From NCBI GenBank assembly GCA_031835245.2, contig JAVKOQ020000033.1:124001-188000 (forward strand): a DNA stretch of 64,000 nucleotides, in the 5' to 3' direction. Origin of the DNA: Balamuthia mandrillaris. Lineage: Eukaryota. The position numbers were made by a program, and so were the translations under genes. Below are positions 26,044 through 39,467 of this stretch, piece after piece (position 1 is the stretch's first letter; every line of letters starts with the position of its first letter). A model generated the notes under the pieces. That model saw only the letters and a list, made by a program, of their open reading frames with translations, did not search any database and was not told where the DNA came from.

Positions 26044-27137
26044 ATGCAGGCAGAAGAACGACAAACAACCCTCCCTCAGGTTTGATACATGTTACACACA
26101 TGTTTGCATCCAATGAATTTTATTATTCATTCTTGTGCTCTTTCTTCGCTTGCTTCTTCTTTTTCTTTTTTTAAAAATAAAAAAAAAAAAATAGCATCCA
26201 TTCACTGTACTATGGAAAGGCAGTCTTCACAGGATTGACTTGCCGGTCACGCCACAACCTTCATTACTGGTTTGTCTCTCATCTTTCTTTCTCTCCCTTT
26301 TTTTTTATTACTATTATCGTCATAATCACGAAAATTGTTTTTATTTATTTTTTCAAAAAAAAAAAAGGAGTTACAAGAAGCTGTAGAAAAAGTATGCGGT
26401 TGGAAAGAACTACCACTGCTCGCTCTCAAAGATCCTTTTTCAGGTATTCTTCTCTCTCTCTCTCTCTCTCTCTTTTCTAAAACAAATAAAAAGGAGATGT
26501 TATTTACTTGGAGACCGACAACGACTTGACCACGGCCGTCGCTTTGTACAAATCCCTGCATGCCGAACGTCCGTTGAAGTTGGTCGTTTTGAACGAGCCT
26601 ATTTCCTCCGCCGAGCCATTTCAGGTTTGCTCTCCTATCTGTAATTCTTATTTTTATTATTATTGTGTTTTATTTTATATTATTTTATTCTTATTTTTAT
26701 TTTATTTTTATTTTATTTTTTTTTACTTTACTTTTTGTTGTGAAGTAAGAATGAAACTGATGTTTTAGTTTGTTTTTTTTTTTGAAAAACAGATGGCGGT
26801 GAAGATATACAAACATAGGGGCAAAAGAAAGGAGGAGATCCACCTCCGCCATCTTCACGTCCATTCGTTGAAAGACTTACAAGCGACGTTGAAGCAAGAG
26901 TTTTATCCTGAGGAAGCGCAGGAAGAGAAACAGGTCGAAACGGAAGAAGAAAAAGCCAAAGAAGAAGCGGCTTCGTTTCGATTAAACTGGATAGACAACA
27001 GAGGGGACGAGATAGAGCTTGAGAACGATCCGCAGCTGCATTACATTCTGCGATGCCATCGCGAGGAGGGGTGGCCCTACCTCAAAATAGTTCTTCCAAA
27101 CTACAAAAAAACCAGGCGCCACACCCTTCAAACCTAA
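26044..27137 (+). CDS. Small protein with two tandem PB1-like domains
   Basis: Manual splicing gives 'WKGSLHRIDL..ELQEAV...LKDPFSGDVIYLETDNDL..A....LKLVV' and 'VKIY...SLKDLQATL...LNWIDNRGDEIELENDPQL...LKIVL'. Both carry the acidic OPCA-like DxxGD-x-I-x-L motif. Confidence 0.6.
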
Positions 27138-27406
27138 CCCCCATCGTCACAACATTTAAAAGGGAAAAAAAAGAAGGAAAAAGAAAAAAAAGAAGGAAAA
27201 AGAAAAAAAAAGAAAAAAAAGAAAAAAGAAAAAAAAAGAAAAAAAAAATAAAATAAGTAGAACAGCTATATCCGTGACGACATGAATAAAGTACCCTTTG
27301 CCCTTCAGGACGACATGTATTGTACACAGGACGACACGAAGAATTGAGTTAATTTGGGGAAAAAAGGTAGAGAAGCAAAAGAATTCTGAAGGGAGAGAAG
27401 GGGGAG

Positions 27407-28639
27407 ATGACGACCACTGCGGGGGCTTCTTGGCATCATTCTTTGCTCGCTCGCATCGGAGCGGTACCGCTGTGGCAGCGCGCCCTGACGGTGGCGGTGG
27501 TTTGGGGAGGCGTCGCCGTTGCGCGTCAACGAATGGTCGACTGGCGGCTGCGACTTAACTCTCGTCAAATCATCCAACGAAAGTTGGCCCTGCGCGAGGC
27601 TCAACTGGAAGCCGTGCAAGTACGTCAACCCACATCGTTCCTTTCCTTTTCCTTTTTCTTTTCTTTTTTAAATTTTCTTTTCTCTTTTTGGAACATGTCA
27701 GCCACCCAGCAACGAAGAAGCGGAGGAGTTTAAGCGCATCGCGAGCCTCAGCACGCAAGAGCTGCTGGCGGAGCTCCACTCTGGCAAGGTCTCTTCGTTG
27801 GCGGTCACTCGCTGCTTTATCTTTCTGGCCGTGGCTGCCCACCGCCGTTTCAACTGTCTTGCTGATGTTTGCTTTGTAAGTTGTTCTTCTTCATTCTTCA
27901 TTCTTCGTTCTTGTTCTTGTTCTTGTTCTTGTTCTTGTTCTTGTTCTTGTTCTTGTTCTTGTTCTTGTTCTTGTTCTTGTTCTTCTTCTTGTTCTTCTTC
28001 TGCTTCTTCTTGTTCTTCTTCTTGTTCTTGTTCTTGTTCTTGTTCTTGTTCTTGTTCTTGTTCTTCTTCTTGTTCTTGTTCTTCTTCTTCTTCTTCTTGT
28101 TCTTCTTCTGCTTCTTCTTGTTCTTCTTCTTCGTCTTCTTGTCCTTCTTCTTCTTCTTCTTCTTCTTCTTCTTCTTCTTCTTCTTCTTCTTCTTCTTCTT
28201 CTTCTTCTTCTTCTTCTTCTTCTTGTTCTTGTTCTTGTTCTTGTTCTTGTTCTTGTTCTTGTTCTTGTTCTTGTTCTTGTTCTTGTTCTTGTTCTTCTTC
28301 TTGTTCTTCTTCTGCTTCTTCTTGTTCTTGTTCTTGTTCTTGTTCTTGTTCTTTCTTCTTGTTCTTGTTCTTGTTCTTGTTCTTGTTCTTGTTCTTGTTC
28401 TTCTTCTTCTTCTTCTTCTTCTTCTTCTTCTTCTTCTTCTTCTTCGTCTTCTTCGTCTTCTTGTCCTTCTTCTTGTTCTTCTTGTTCTTCTTCGTTTTTC
28501 GTTTTTCTTTCTTTTTTTGCAACTTCGTTTTATTTATTTTTATGATGGTACATGAACGTAACAGGCGGAAGCATTGACCCGTGCTGCAGAGTTGGATAGG
28601 ATTCTTTCAGAGACGGGCAAGCCCGTTGGCCCGCTTCAT

Positions 28640-28672
<33 letters not shown>

Positions 28673-30600
28673 ATACATTTCGTTAGTTGTGTCTTTCTGA
28701 CGTTTAATGTACAACAGGTTTGCCGGTGTCGCTCAAAGAGTGTTTCGGAGAGGTTAATACCGACAGCACTGTAGGAGTTGCTAAGAACTGTTTTATACAG
28801 CGAGGTATAGTTAGTCTCCTCTTCTCTGTTCTTTTTCTCTCGCTCTCTTGCTTCTCCTCTAGAAGTGATAACTAACCTACAAACTCATTCTATTTTATTT
28901 GTTGTATGTCTGCTCTTAGAGGATGCTGTTGTAGTTACTGTATTAAAGCAAGCAGGTGCAGTGATTTACGCTAAGACGAACGTGCCACAGAGCATGTTGA
29001 CTTTTGAGACCAGTAACCCTGTCTTTGGTCGTACGCTGAACCCTTGGAACCTCGAAAGAACGCCTGGTGGCTCCAGTGGTGGTGAAGCTGTCCTCTTGCT
29101 TGCTGGTGGCGCCCCAGTGGTATATTCCTATTCTCGTTCTTCTGCTTGTTCTTCACTTTGTTCTCTTGTTGATGTGAATGTTCCTAATAGGGAATGGGAA
29201 CTGATATTGGTGGCAGCATTCGCATCCCGGCTGCTTTCTGGTATGTACATCGCTTTTCTATTTTCTTTTTTCATCTCTAATACAATTTTCCCACAAGTGG
29301 CATTTATGGCCTCAAACCAACTCTTGGCAGGCTCTCGCCTCATGGTTGCGTTCGTTCTATTCATGGACAAGAAGCGATCAAGGGAACTGCTGGTATCTCT
29401 TCTCTCTCTCTCTCTCTCTCTCTCCCCCCCCCTTTCCCTCTTTTCTTCGTGTCTATCACTTAGTTCATTGGTGTCTTTACCATCTTCCTTTCTTCTCATC
29501 GTACCAATCAACGTTTCAACAACAAAGGACCAATGGGATTAAGTGTGGAGGACCTTGCCCTCATGATGCGTTTGTTCAGCACTGAGCAGCAATTCCACAT
29601 GGATCCTGCTCTGCCTCCTCTGCCCTTCAACGAGGAGGAATACACCTCCACCAAGAAGCTTCGCATTGGCTACTTCACCTACGACGGCTATTTTGAGGCA
29701 TCTCCTGCCTGTCAGAGAGCCGTAAGAGAAGCAGCAAGAGCACTTGGTTTGTTTTTAATCTCTCCTCCCTGCTTTTTTTCTCCCTCCCTTCTCACTTCTT
29801 TGTACAACAGAGAACTTGGGACACGAGTTGGTGGAAATCAATGCGAGGGACCTTGTGGACATGCACCAGCTCATCCTGCTCTACTTCTCTCTTCTCTCTG
29901 CCGATGGTGCGGATCAAATCAAAGGTAATTCTATTTCTCCCTTTCGATTTGTTTGGTTCCCCATCTCATCTTCTCTCACCAAATAGCTTTCTTGCACGGA
30001 GAAGACATCGAAGACATCCTCAGCACAAGTCTTCGCGGTAGCACGACCGGTCCGCTCCTCCGTCGCCTCGTCTCCTTCCTCCTGCTCAACGTCCTCCGCT
30101 GGCCTCGCGTGGCGCACATCGTCTCTGTCAGCGGGCTCCAAACCGTTCCTAAAATTTGGATGAAGCAACACCAGAGGGCTGCGCTTGTTCGTGAGGTGCA
30201 GCTCAAGTGGCAAGAGGAACTCCAGTTGGATGCCTTGCTCACTCCGGCAACAGCCTTTCCTGCCATCAAACATGGCTTTGCCAAAGACCTCAACCCGGCG
30301 TTGACTTACACGTTTGCTTGGAACTTGTTGGACTTCCCATGCGGCGTTGTGCCCATCTCTCTCGTGCAAAAGGAAGAGAGCGGAAAGAGGAGAGAGGCGG
30401 AAGAAGGCGTTGGCGATCTGTTGAACAGAAGAGCGGATGATAGCGATGAGGCAACGGAGGGATTGCCGGTGGCTTGTCAGGTGGTTGCCTTACCTTGGCA
30501 GGATGAAAGGGTGTTGAGGATAATGAGAGAAATCGAAGGAGAGATACCGTTTCGATGGGGCAAAACTCAAAGAGCGTCTTTGGTGGATTTAGCTTTCTAA
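27407..30600 (+). CDS. FAAH: Amidase-signature family enzyme, fatty acid amide hydrolase-like
   Basis: N-terminal TM, then '[12 protein letters not shown]', '[37 protein letters not shown]', '[25 protein letters not shown]', '[16 protein letters not shown]' and '[22 protein letters not shown]'. Confidence 0.9.
27880..28497. repeat. ~620-bp compound (TTC)n/(TTCTTG)n microsatellite inside an amidase intron
   Basis: Directly visible. It lies between donor GTAAG (~27876) and acceptor CAG (~28564). Confidence 0.95.
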
Positions 30601-30638
30601 AGATAAAGAACACTTTAAACAAACAAAAAAAAAAATCC

Positions 30639-32233
30639 TTAAAGAAAAGGACGACAATGCACGATCTCGGAAGCAGCTTTTCGCAAACGGTTCATGACGG
30701 CAAGACCGGAATGTGTCTCCGCTATGCCACAAACCATAATCACATCGACAGATTCCTCATCCAACCTCCGCAACGCTTTGAACAGACCACGCGCCACTTC
30801 TGCCGAGAAGTTACGTTCCTCCTCCTCGGTATACTTTCTTCTTGTCGTGTTTGTTGCTGCTGCTAGGTTGCTTTGACATGGTTCGCCCAAAGGATAGATG
30901 ATGAGTTGGCCTGGTTTAGGGGTAGTAGAGGAAGCTGTTTGCTCTTCTTCAAAGCTAGGGAGAGTAATATGCCGTTGTGTGTGGATGACGCCCACGCGAA
31001 GACCTTGAGACAACGCCTCTCGTATCCTCCGAATCAACGCATCCTCCATCGTGCTGTTCTCCGCTTCCATTACCTTCTCCTTTTCTTTCACTTGCTCCTC
31101 TGCTTCTATATGTTGCACCTCTTTTGGTGCTGTCGTGGTCGTAGTTGATGACGTTGTGGCTGCCTCTTTTTCTTGTCCTTCCTTTTCTTCCAAAAGAACC
31201 ACTTTAGCATTTGGCGAATAATGTCTGTACTTAAGACCCGGTGTAGGCGGTCTCTCCTCCATCTCCTTGTTTCGTTTCCTTCTCTCTTCCTCTTGTGCTC
31301 CATCTTCCACTCCATTTTCTCCTTTCTTTTTGCTACCCCATGCGCTTCCATACACCCGCAACTCAGGCACAAACGGAAGGAGCTGTTCTCTGCTGATGCC
31401 GCCCGGACGAAGGATCATAGGCTCGTTGGGGTTGCTCACGTCGACCACAGTGGACTCCACGCCGACAGCGGCGTCCCCACCATCGATGATGCATGGAATG
31501 CGCCCTTGTAGGTCCACCAGGACATGGCTGGCTGAGGTTGGGCTGGGTCGGCCTGAAGAGTTGGCGCTAGGCGCAGCTAATGGCATTCCTACAATTTTGT
31601 TTTTGTTTTGGGATGAAAGAAAAAGATTTAAAAAAGTAAAAGTAAAAGTAAAGAGAAGAGCAAAGGTACCTCCAAGTTCAATCAGTTTTCGAGCAATAGG
31701 GTGGCTGGGCATGCGAACGGCTACCGTGGCAAGACCTGCAGTCACCTGATCGGGTACGCACTCCTACCAAGAATGAGAGAACAAAGCTCAAATTAAACAA
31801 ACAAAGAAAGAAAAAGAGAAGGAGAAGAAGAAAGAAATACCTTCTTAGGGAAGAGAATGGTCAGCGGGCCGGGCCAAAAGTGCTTCACCAGAGTTTGGCC
31901 CAAGGGCGGCACCTCCGACACCAACGTGTCCAGCATTTCAAAGGAGGAGACATGCACGATCAACGGGTTATCAGCGGGCCGTCTTTTGGCCTCAAAGATC
32001 TTTGCACATGCCTCCCCATTCAGCGCGTTTGCTCCCAAACCTGCGCCAGAAGGAAAGGTTTTAATCTGAAGTTCAAGAAGAAGAAGAAGAAGAAAGAAAC
32101 GGAGAAGAAAGTAACCATAAACTGTTTCGGTGGGAAAGGCCACCACTTGCCCCGCCTTTAGTAGCTCGATGGCCGGTAGCAGCTCTTCCTCAGAAAAATG
32201 TTCTGGGTCGACTCTAATCACCCGCGTCTCCAT
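30639..32233 (-). CDS. SUA5: Threonylcarbamoyl-AMP synthase (Sua5: YrdC + SUA5 domains)
   Basis: 'VAFPTETVYGLGANAL', 'AKRRPADNPLIVHV', 'FWPGPLT', 'PLAAPSANSSGRPSPT', 'VGVESTV', 'PGLKYRHYSP' and 'GLAVMNRLRKAA'. Confidence 0.95.
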
Positions 32234-32580
32234 CTATTGTTTGTTGTCTTTTTTGAAATAAAGAGAGGGAGGGAACCCCGAAACAAAACAAAACAAAACA
32301 AAACAAAACAAAACAAAACAAAACAAAACCAAACAAAACAAAACCGGTGCAACAGAGCGACGAGAAAGAAAGTGCCGTTGCGTTCTTTCTCTGCACCGTT
32401 TTTTCCTTCTCTCTTTTTTCTTCATTTTACACGTCAGCTCCACGTCAGCTTCATCGTGTCGACACGTCTATTGCGAATAATCCGTGCCGGGAAGGTGTCT
32501 CCATGTCGACGTGGTCGTTGGTGATGTGGCGAAAAAAAAAATAACAAAAAAAAATACCAAAAAAAAAAAAGAAAGAAAAA

Positions 32581-33697
32581 ATGAGTAGCAGCAGCGGCAC
32601 CAGCGAGGAAGTGATTCCATCGGAGGAACAAAGCGAAGAGGGGGCGGAGGAGGAGGACGCGGAGGAAGAGGTGGAGGCGGAGAGCAAAGGCACGAGCAGC
32701 GGCGGAGGGTTGTGGGGCGGCTGCCAACGGCTCGGCCGCTGGTTCTTTGCCCAGGTGCTGAGCTGCGGCGCCCAGCCCAAGCACATCGCCTTCATCATGG
32801 ATGGCAACCGCCGTTTTGCCCAAAAGAAGTTTCTTCCGCGCAGTTCCGGTCATCGTTTTGGCTATCATAAACTGATGCAGGTTTTTTTTTGCTGCTCTTC
32901 TCTCTCTACTCCATTTTTTTTTTGTCGGTTTATTTGGATGTAAGAAGAGCAGAACAGCTGATTGTTTTGTTCGTTTGCTATTGTTTTTTTTTTAAAGGCG
33001 TTGGAATGGTGTTTGGAATTGGGGATCACCACCGTGACGGTCTATGCCTTCAGCATTGAAAATTTTAAACGCAGCCAAGACGAGATTGACACGCTCATGC
33101 GGCTTGCCACCAAAAAGTTTCGAGAATTGTTGAAGAGAGAGTACGGCGCTCTGTCCTGCTTTTGTTTCTTCTTAGTCTCTTCTTTCTCTCTTGTTTCTTA
33201 TCTTCTTTTCTTCCTTTCTTCTTCTTCCTTTTGTTCGTTCTTTCGTTGTTTCTTCTTTCTTCCTCCTCCCTTCTTCGTTCTTTCAAGTTCTTTCTTATAC
33301 TGGTGGAAACCAAACCCCAAAAAAAAAAAAAAAAAAAAAAAAAACAACACAGAGAACTGATACACAAACACGGAGTAAGAGTGAACGTTTTGGGTGACAT
33401 GATGCTGCTTCCGTTAGAATTGCAACGAGTGATGGCCAAAGCCATATATGCCACACGACACAACACCAAGTCTGTCCGCTTGTTCCTTTCTTTATTTTAC
33501 TTAATTTCATTTCAGGGACTCACATGAACAAATCCACTACAGGGCAGTGTTGAACGTTTGCTTTGCGTACACATCCCGTGAGGAAATGTTGCACGCAATG
33601 AATCAAGTTGCCTCTGGCGTTAACCAGAATATGCTCAAATCATGGTTTCTATTCCGTTATTCTATTTCGCTTGCTCTTTCTCTTTCTCTTTCGCCAT

Positions 33698-33740
<43 letters not shown>

Positions 33741-34428
33741 ATTGATATTGTTGTTGCTTCAAGTGATGTGACGGAGCAACTATTTGAAAAGTCAATGTAC
33801 ATGGCGGACTATCCTGATATCATCATTCGTACTTCTGGCGAGAAGCGTTTGAGCGACTTTTTGTTGTGGCAGGTAATATGCTTTCTTTTCTCTTCTCATC
33901 TGTATTTCTTTATTTGGTTTGTAACATTAAAAAAAATAGGGAAACATGTCATCAACAATGTTCTTGGAGGTGTTGTGGCCAGAGTTCTCGCCGTGGCATC
34001 TGTACTATTGCATACTTTGCTTCCAGGCGGACTACGCGGCGTTAAGCGAACGACGAAATCAATACCGAGTCCTCAGAGATCGAGAACAACGAAAGCTAGA
34101 CTTGCAACAACTCATAAAAGAAGAAGCAGAAGAGATGAGAACAGAGACGAAAGAAGAAATTGAAATCGAAATAGAACAAAAAATGATCGCAATAGAGGAG
34201 AAGATGAAGTTGAAGAAAAAGGAAAAGGCAAAGGAAGAAGATGAGAATAAGGAGGAGGAAGAGTTTCTTCTCCTGAACGAAAGATTATCGCGGTTCGAGA
34301 AAGAAAGAGAGGAAAGGATTCAACGATTTCTGCGGCATCAACAGGAACAACACATGCAATACATCATTCGCTTGGTGAAGAGCAGCGGCAGGAGTGATGA
34401 CAACTCTCCTTCGACGTCCTCTTCTTGA
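32581..34428 (+). CDS. DHDDS: cis-prenyltransferase (dehydrodolichyl diphosphate synthase)
   Basis: '[15 protein letters not shown]', '[13 protein letters not shown]', '[12 protein letters not shown]', '[20 protein letters not shown]' and 'VLWPEFS.W'. Confidence 0.95.
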
Positions 34429-34601
34429 TAATGCTAATGCTTCTCTTTTTTCCTCTCTTTTGTTTCTGCTTTTTTTCTTTTTTTTTTCCTTTAATTAATT
34501 TAATTCCCCTTTATATCATTACTTGAATTTTTTTATTGCTGTTTTTATTAATGATTAGGTGCTTTCGCTTCTGCGTTTTAGACCAAAGGACAGAAAGAAG
34601 A

Positions 34602-35704
34602 ATGACACAGCGGATCAGGCTCAACGTGAAAGGTTTCTCCTCTCTTCTCTCTTCTTCTCTCTTCTTGTAATATGTTCCTATTGTTCTTATCGTACCATCT
34701 TTCTTTCGCTTCTTTTTTCCTACATAGTGGTGGAAGGAAAAGGGTTGGCAGCGAAGGACCGAGGAGGCTTCAGCGATCCGTACTGTGTGTTGGTTCTGCT
34801 GAAAGAAGACAGTTACCAAAATGAGGTCTTGTTGCATAAGCACCACAGCTTTTATTACTGGAACCCAAAACGGCAGAATGTTTTCAAAACTGCAACGTGC
34901 TATCGCACACTCACCCCACGTTGGGCCGATGAAAAGTTCAAAATGTGCGTTGTTCCTTATCTGTCGTTCTCTTTGTGTTACTCATTCGGTATTGCATACA
35001 AAGGACAATGTCAACTAACAAAGGAAGAGAGCTTTTAGTGGAACTTTGGGACTGGAATCGTCTTTCCAATGATGGTTTTTTCCTTCATTCTCTCACCTAT
35101 CAATATGCTTTGTTCTTGCTTTCTTCTTGTTTGTTGACACCAGCTTAACTTTACTTAGATTTTTTGGGAGAGGTAAGAGTACCACTGGACTCATTGCCAG
35201 TGGGCGAAGGCATGTTGGACCGATGGTTTCCTTTGCAGAAGCGTTTCAGCTCTCAGAAAGTGTCTGGTACCCTTCATCTTCTGCTGTCGCTGCGATCCGT
35301 TACTGTTCAGGTTTTTTTTTTCTTGCTTCCTTTCATTCTTGTTTTCTTATCTTTCGTTTGTTTCTTTGGTTCGTTGGTTGTTCTCTCATTGATTTATTTT
35401 ACAGGAAGAAAAGGAAGTACAAAGACAAATGAGTTTATCGCACGTGAACAAGTTGAGCATAGCGCCCGAAGTTTGGGAGATGCTCTCTCCATCCGAACAA
35501 CAACGCCAACAAGTCATATGCGAGATCATCAACACGGAGAGGAGTTACGTAAGGGACTTGGACATCATCACGCAAGTATTTGTGGAAGGCATTCGAGAAC
35601 GAGCACTTCTTTCTCTGGAGGAGAGCGCTTCGTTGTTTTCTAATGTGCAAACTCTTCTCGACATGCACATGCACCTTAAATGCGTTCGTTCTTCTCCCCT
35701 TCTT

Positions 35705-35738
<34 letters not shown>

Positions 35739-36405
35739 TGTCTTTATCTATTCTTGTTTTACCTCTTTTATATTTGTTTAATCTACTCTTCAGGACTTAG
35801 AAGGCTTGTGGGAGAAGAGCGACGGCCTTATAAAGACGGGCATTGGCGATATATTTTTGGAAAAGGTTTCTTTGTTCAAACACTATGTGGAGTACTGCAG
35901 CAACCATTCTTCGGTTTCTCAGAAAATTAAGTTCTTTCGAGAGCGTTCAAATGAGTTTGATACATTCCTGAACGTAAGTTTCATCATTTTTTTAATTGAC
36001 ATGAACTATGACGAAACTTCTTCTGATTGTTGCTTCAAACGCAAAATAGGAATGCGAGAAGCTTCCAGAATGTCGGAAGAACTCATTAGCATCTTTCTTG
36101 ATCGTTCCATTACAACGTATGTGCAAGTATCCTTTATTACTCAAAGTACGTTCATCATTCTTTTCTTTTCTGCTCTTTTCTTTCTCTCCTCTATTATAAC
36201 ACTCTTCATTTACTTACAAAAATCCTTGCAAAGAATTTGTTGAAGCATACAGAAGAGGACGACCCAGATTATATTAGCCTGAAGAATGCATCAATAACTA
36301 TAGAGACTATGGTAGAAAACGTCAATCTTGCCTTAGAACAAGAGAAGAGAATGCAGAGAATGCTTCAAATACAAAGATCTCTTGTTGATAATCGAGTATG
36401 TTATC

Positions 36406-36441
<36 letters not shown>

Positions 36442-37955
36442 CTTTGTGTATAACTGCTTTTGTTGTCGTTGCTAATATTTTTATATTACAGCAAATGTCG
36501 AATTTGGTGACAGAAGAAAGGTTTGTGGTGAAAGAAGGAGCGGCAAAGCTGAAGAACGGTCAAGGTGGCAAGTCTTCCAAGGTTTATGTTCTTCTTCTCA
36601 ATGACATTTTTGTGATTACAAAGCGCAACGACCGAAAAGACACGATGAAGGTCAAAGCCGCTCTTTGGCTTCATTACTGCATCCATTCAGTTGACCATCA
36701 CTCTTCCAAGAAAGCAAGCCTTAAACGGAAAGGAAGCAAAATCGGTTCCACTTCGTCTTCTTCTCCTGCTTTGTTGTCTCCTCCTTCCAACAACGAAGAA
36801 ACAGAAGGAAAAGAAGAAAAGAAGCACAAGAAGAAAGGAAGCAAGATAGAGATTCCTCCTTCTTCATCCACAACAACATTTACTTCTCCTCGCAAAGAGG
36901 AAGAAAGAACAGAATCAACCAGATCAGTTGCTCGTGTATCGCTAACAGTATCTTCTGACGATACTCTCACAACCAAACAAGAGCATCTCCTTACCATATC
37001 CTCAACGACAGAGTCCTCATCCCCTTCATCTCTTTTGCAAGAACCTGAAAAAGGACAACTACTACCAAGCAACGCAGCGAAAAGTCCGCGTCAACCACAC
37101 AAACACGAAAAAGCAGAACGAACGCTTCGCATCATTTACAACAACACCAACACCAACGAAGAGGACGCGATTCGTAACAGCAACAGCAGCAGCTCTCTTT
37201 ACACCATCGTTTTTCAAAGCAAAGAAGAAAGGGAGCAATGGGTCGCTGCTTTGAATCAAGCCATTATCCAAATCGCATCATCCTCTGGTGCTCCGCGTGA
37301 GTCTTTTTCCCCTCTTTCATTTTTCTTTGTCTTCTTCCTTCTCATTGTTTTTTTAAACCTTATAGCGAGACAAGACTTGATGGCATCCATGTTCAGCACA
37401 AGCGAGCCCGTCAAAACCAGAAAACGAAGCAACTCCTTCCGCAAAAGCCTTCGAGCAAGCATCAACCTCTCGCCCTCCGACCTTCCTTTCCTCAAACAAC
37501 ATTCATCCTCTTCTTCCTCTATTCCTTCTTCGTCTTCGCCTTCACCAGCCCCTTCTTCTCTTCCGGTACCGCCTCAACGAAGCAACAGCGTTCTCAAGTT
37601 GCCGCTTCGGCTTAAACATCCTCGCTCTTCTCCTTCTTCTCCTCGCAAAGAAGAAGAACAACAACACACTAACGATTCTGCTCTTCCTTCTTCAGAGATT
37701 GTCCCCTCATCAACCTCACAAAGCTTACCATCTTCTCCTCGTAATTCCTCAGAGAGAGAAGAGAGGCTGCAAAGAATGCTGGAGCAAGAAACGAGAATCA
37801 GGGAGGAGTTCCAACAGGTCTGCAAAACGTTGCAGGAACAGCTGACAGAACTGCAACGAAGAAATGCCGAATTGGAAGCAAAGTTATCATTGTTGCAACA
37901 AAGCGACTCTTCTTCTCTTCCACAAAACAATAACACAACAGCAAAAGAAGAATAA
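34602..37955 (+). CDS. Rho GEF with C2-DH-PH architecture and C-terminal coiled coil
   Basis: C2 'VVEGKGLAAKDRGGFSDPYC...TLTPRW..VELWDWNRLSND.FLGEV', DH 'RQQVICEIINTERSYVRDL...PLQRMCKYPLLLK.LLKHT' and PH 'FVVKEG...VYVLLLNDIFVIT...EREQWVAALNQAI'. Confidence 0.88.
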
Positions 37956-38061
37956 AGAAGGAAGAAGGAAGAAGGAAGAAGACTAAGACCAAGAAGAAGA
38001 ATATGACAACGAAACAAATAAAAGTTGTTTGAAAAAGTTACACAGTTCTTTTTTTGTACCT

Positions 38062-39160
38062 CTAGGGGATGAGAGGAATGTAAGTAGGAACCTTGCTGCG
38101 ATACTCCTTGTAGTCATTTCCAAAGAACTCGATCAACACTTCCTCCTCATACTTTATCCTGTCCTCAAAGAACGTCCAGGAGGCATAGGCAAAGCCGGCA
38201 ATACAGATGGGGTTGAACAGCACCACTTGAGTGGCCACGCTCCACCAGAACCAGCCAAAGTAACCCGGATGCCGCACCACCCTGTTGAGCAGTGGTGTTA
38301 GAAAAATATTAGAGAAGGAGCGAAGGAGAGAAGGAGAGAAGCATAACAGCATAGCAAAATGACTGTGGGCGAACGGAGAAGAAAGAAACAAAAGTAACGC
38401 AAGAAAGAGAGAAAGGTCACAAAGAAAAGAAAAAAGAGAGAGCTCTCGCAACAGAAAAAAAAAAAACATCAACAAACCCGTAAATGCCGGTGGTAACGAG
38501 GACATGCTCCTTCTTCTTCTCCTCCGCAATCTCATGAGTGAAGTTGTGAGCGGCGGTGATGAGGGCCAACAAGCGAATGGCCTGGCCAAAGAGGGCCACC
38601 AGAACGCCCACGTAGACGACCGGCCAAAAGGTCTTCAGGCCCTCCGGGAAGAGGTACCACTCGATCAAGTACTCCACCAAGCTCGCCACAATGGCCGTCG
38701 TGTACTGAACGCTGTGGTTCAACAGAAATGCTGTGTATTTTTTTTTTGTTAATCCACAAAGAAAGAAAGAAAAATCGAAAAACATTTACAAAAATCAAAG
38801 AAAGGAATGAAAAAAAAAAAAGAGTAGCAAACAAAGAGACGATCAAATCTCATCAAACAGACATTTTTTTTTTAAAAAAAAGGGAGTGAAAAGGAATGAC
38901 GAACATTCGGCAGAGGCGACTTGCGGGTTGAACATGGTGACGGAGAGGTACTCGGTAAAGTGGAAGACGGAGAGGAAGACGAGGTAGAGGCCGAGGTTCC
39001 ACAGGGAGTCGCTGTAGAGGGCGAGGAGGAGGCCGCCGCCGCCGACCAGGCCCAGGAAATAGGCCAGGCAGGCGATGGTGCCGTGGCCGTACTTGGAGAA
39101 GAGGGGGTTGGCGATGCCTCGCTGCACGTTCTGTACTACCTGGTGGATCTGGGCGTTCAT
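38062..39160 (-). CDS. ICMT: Protein-S-isoprenylcysteine O-methyltransferase (Ste14)
   Basis: 'FHFTEY', 'FLLNHS..Y', 'AAHNFTHEI...HVLVTTGIY..VRHPGYFGWFWW..TQVVLFNPIC' and 'RIKYEEEVLIEFFGNDYKEYRSKVPTYIP'. Confidence 0.95.
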
Positions 39161-39467
39161 CTCTCTCTCTCTTTTTTATTGTAATCAAAAAAATAAAAAT
39201 AAAAATGAGGTTCTTTTCTTTTGCTGAACAACTGCCGATGCCTCCTGATCTTGAATGACGGTGGAATTATGTCCAGGATGACTCATTCGGGTTCCAATAG
39301 CACGTGGGAGAGGCTGGATGGCTGGACAGAATGATGCGGGAGAATTGTCGGGTGGAGTCTTTGTGTGGGGGGCGACTTCAAATTTTCATGTCGTCCCGAA
39401 CCAAAGTTTGTTTAAAAAAAAAAAAGAAAAAAAAAGAAAAAAAGAAAAAAAAGAGAGCAAAGCAGGC

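Noticed and set aside
27698..28577. Long poly-E/Q, poly-S/C and poly-F/L ORFs
   Set aside because: These are stop-free frames of the intronic TTC/TTG microsatellite, and the amidase exons splice cleanly around it.
32281..32343. (AAAAC)n tract, and (TTTTTG)n at 11358-11420
   Set aside because: Ordinary simple repeats of a kind common throughout this genome.
36127..36136. GTATCCTTT (and ATATCCTTT on the minus strand at ~12313-12321) as further U12 donors
   Set aside because: Both lie within continuous coding sequence (K-Y-P-L of the DH domain and R-Y-P-F in the IP3R).
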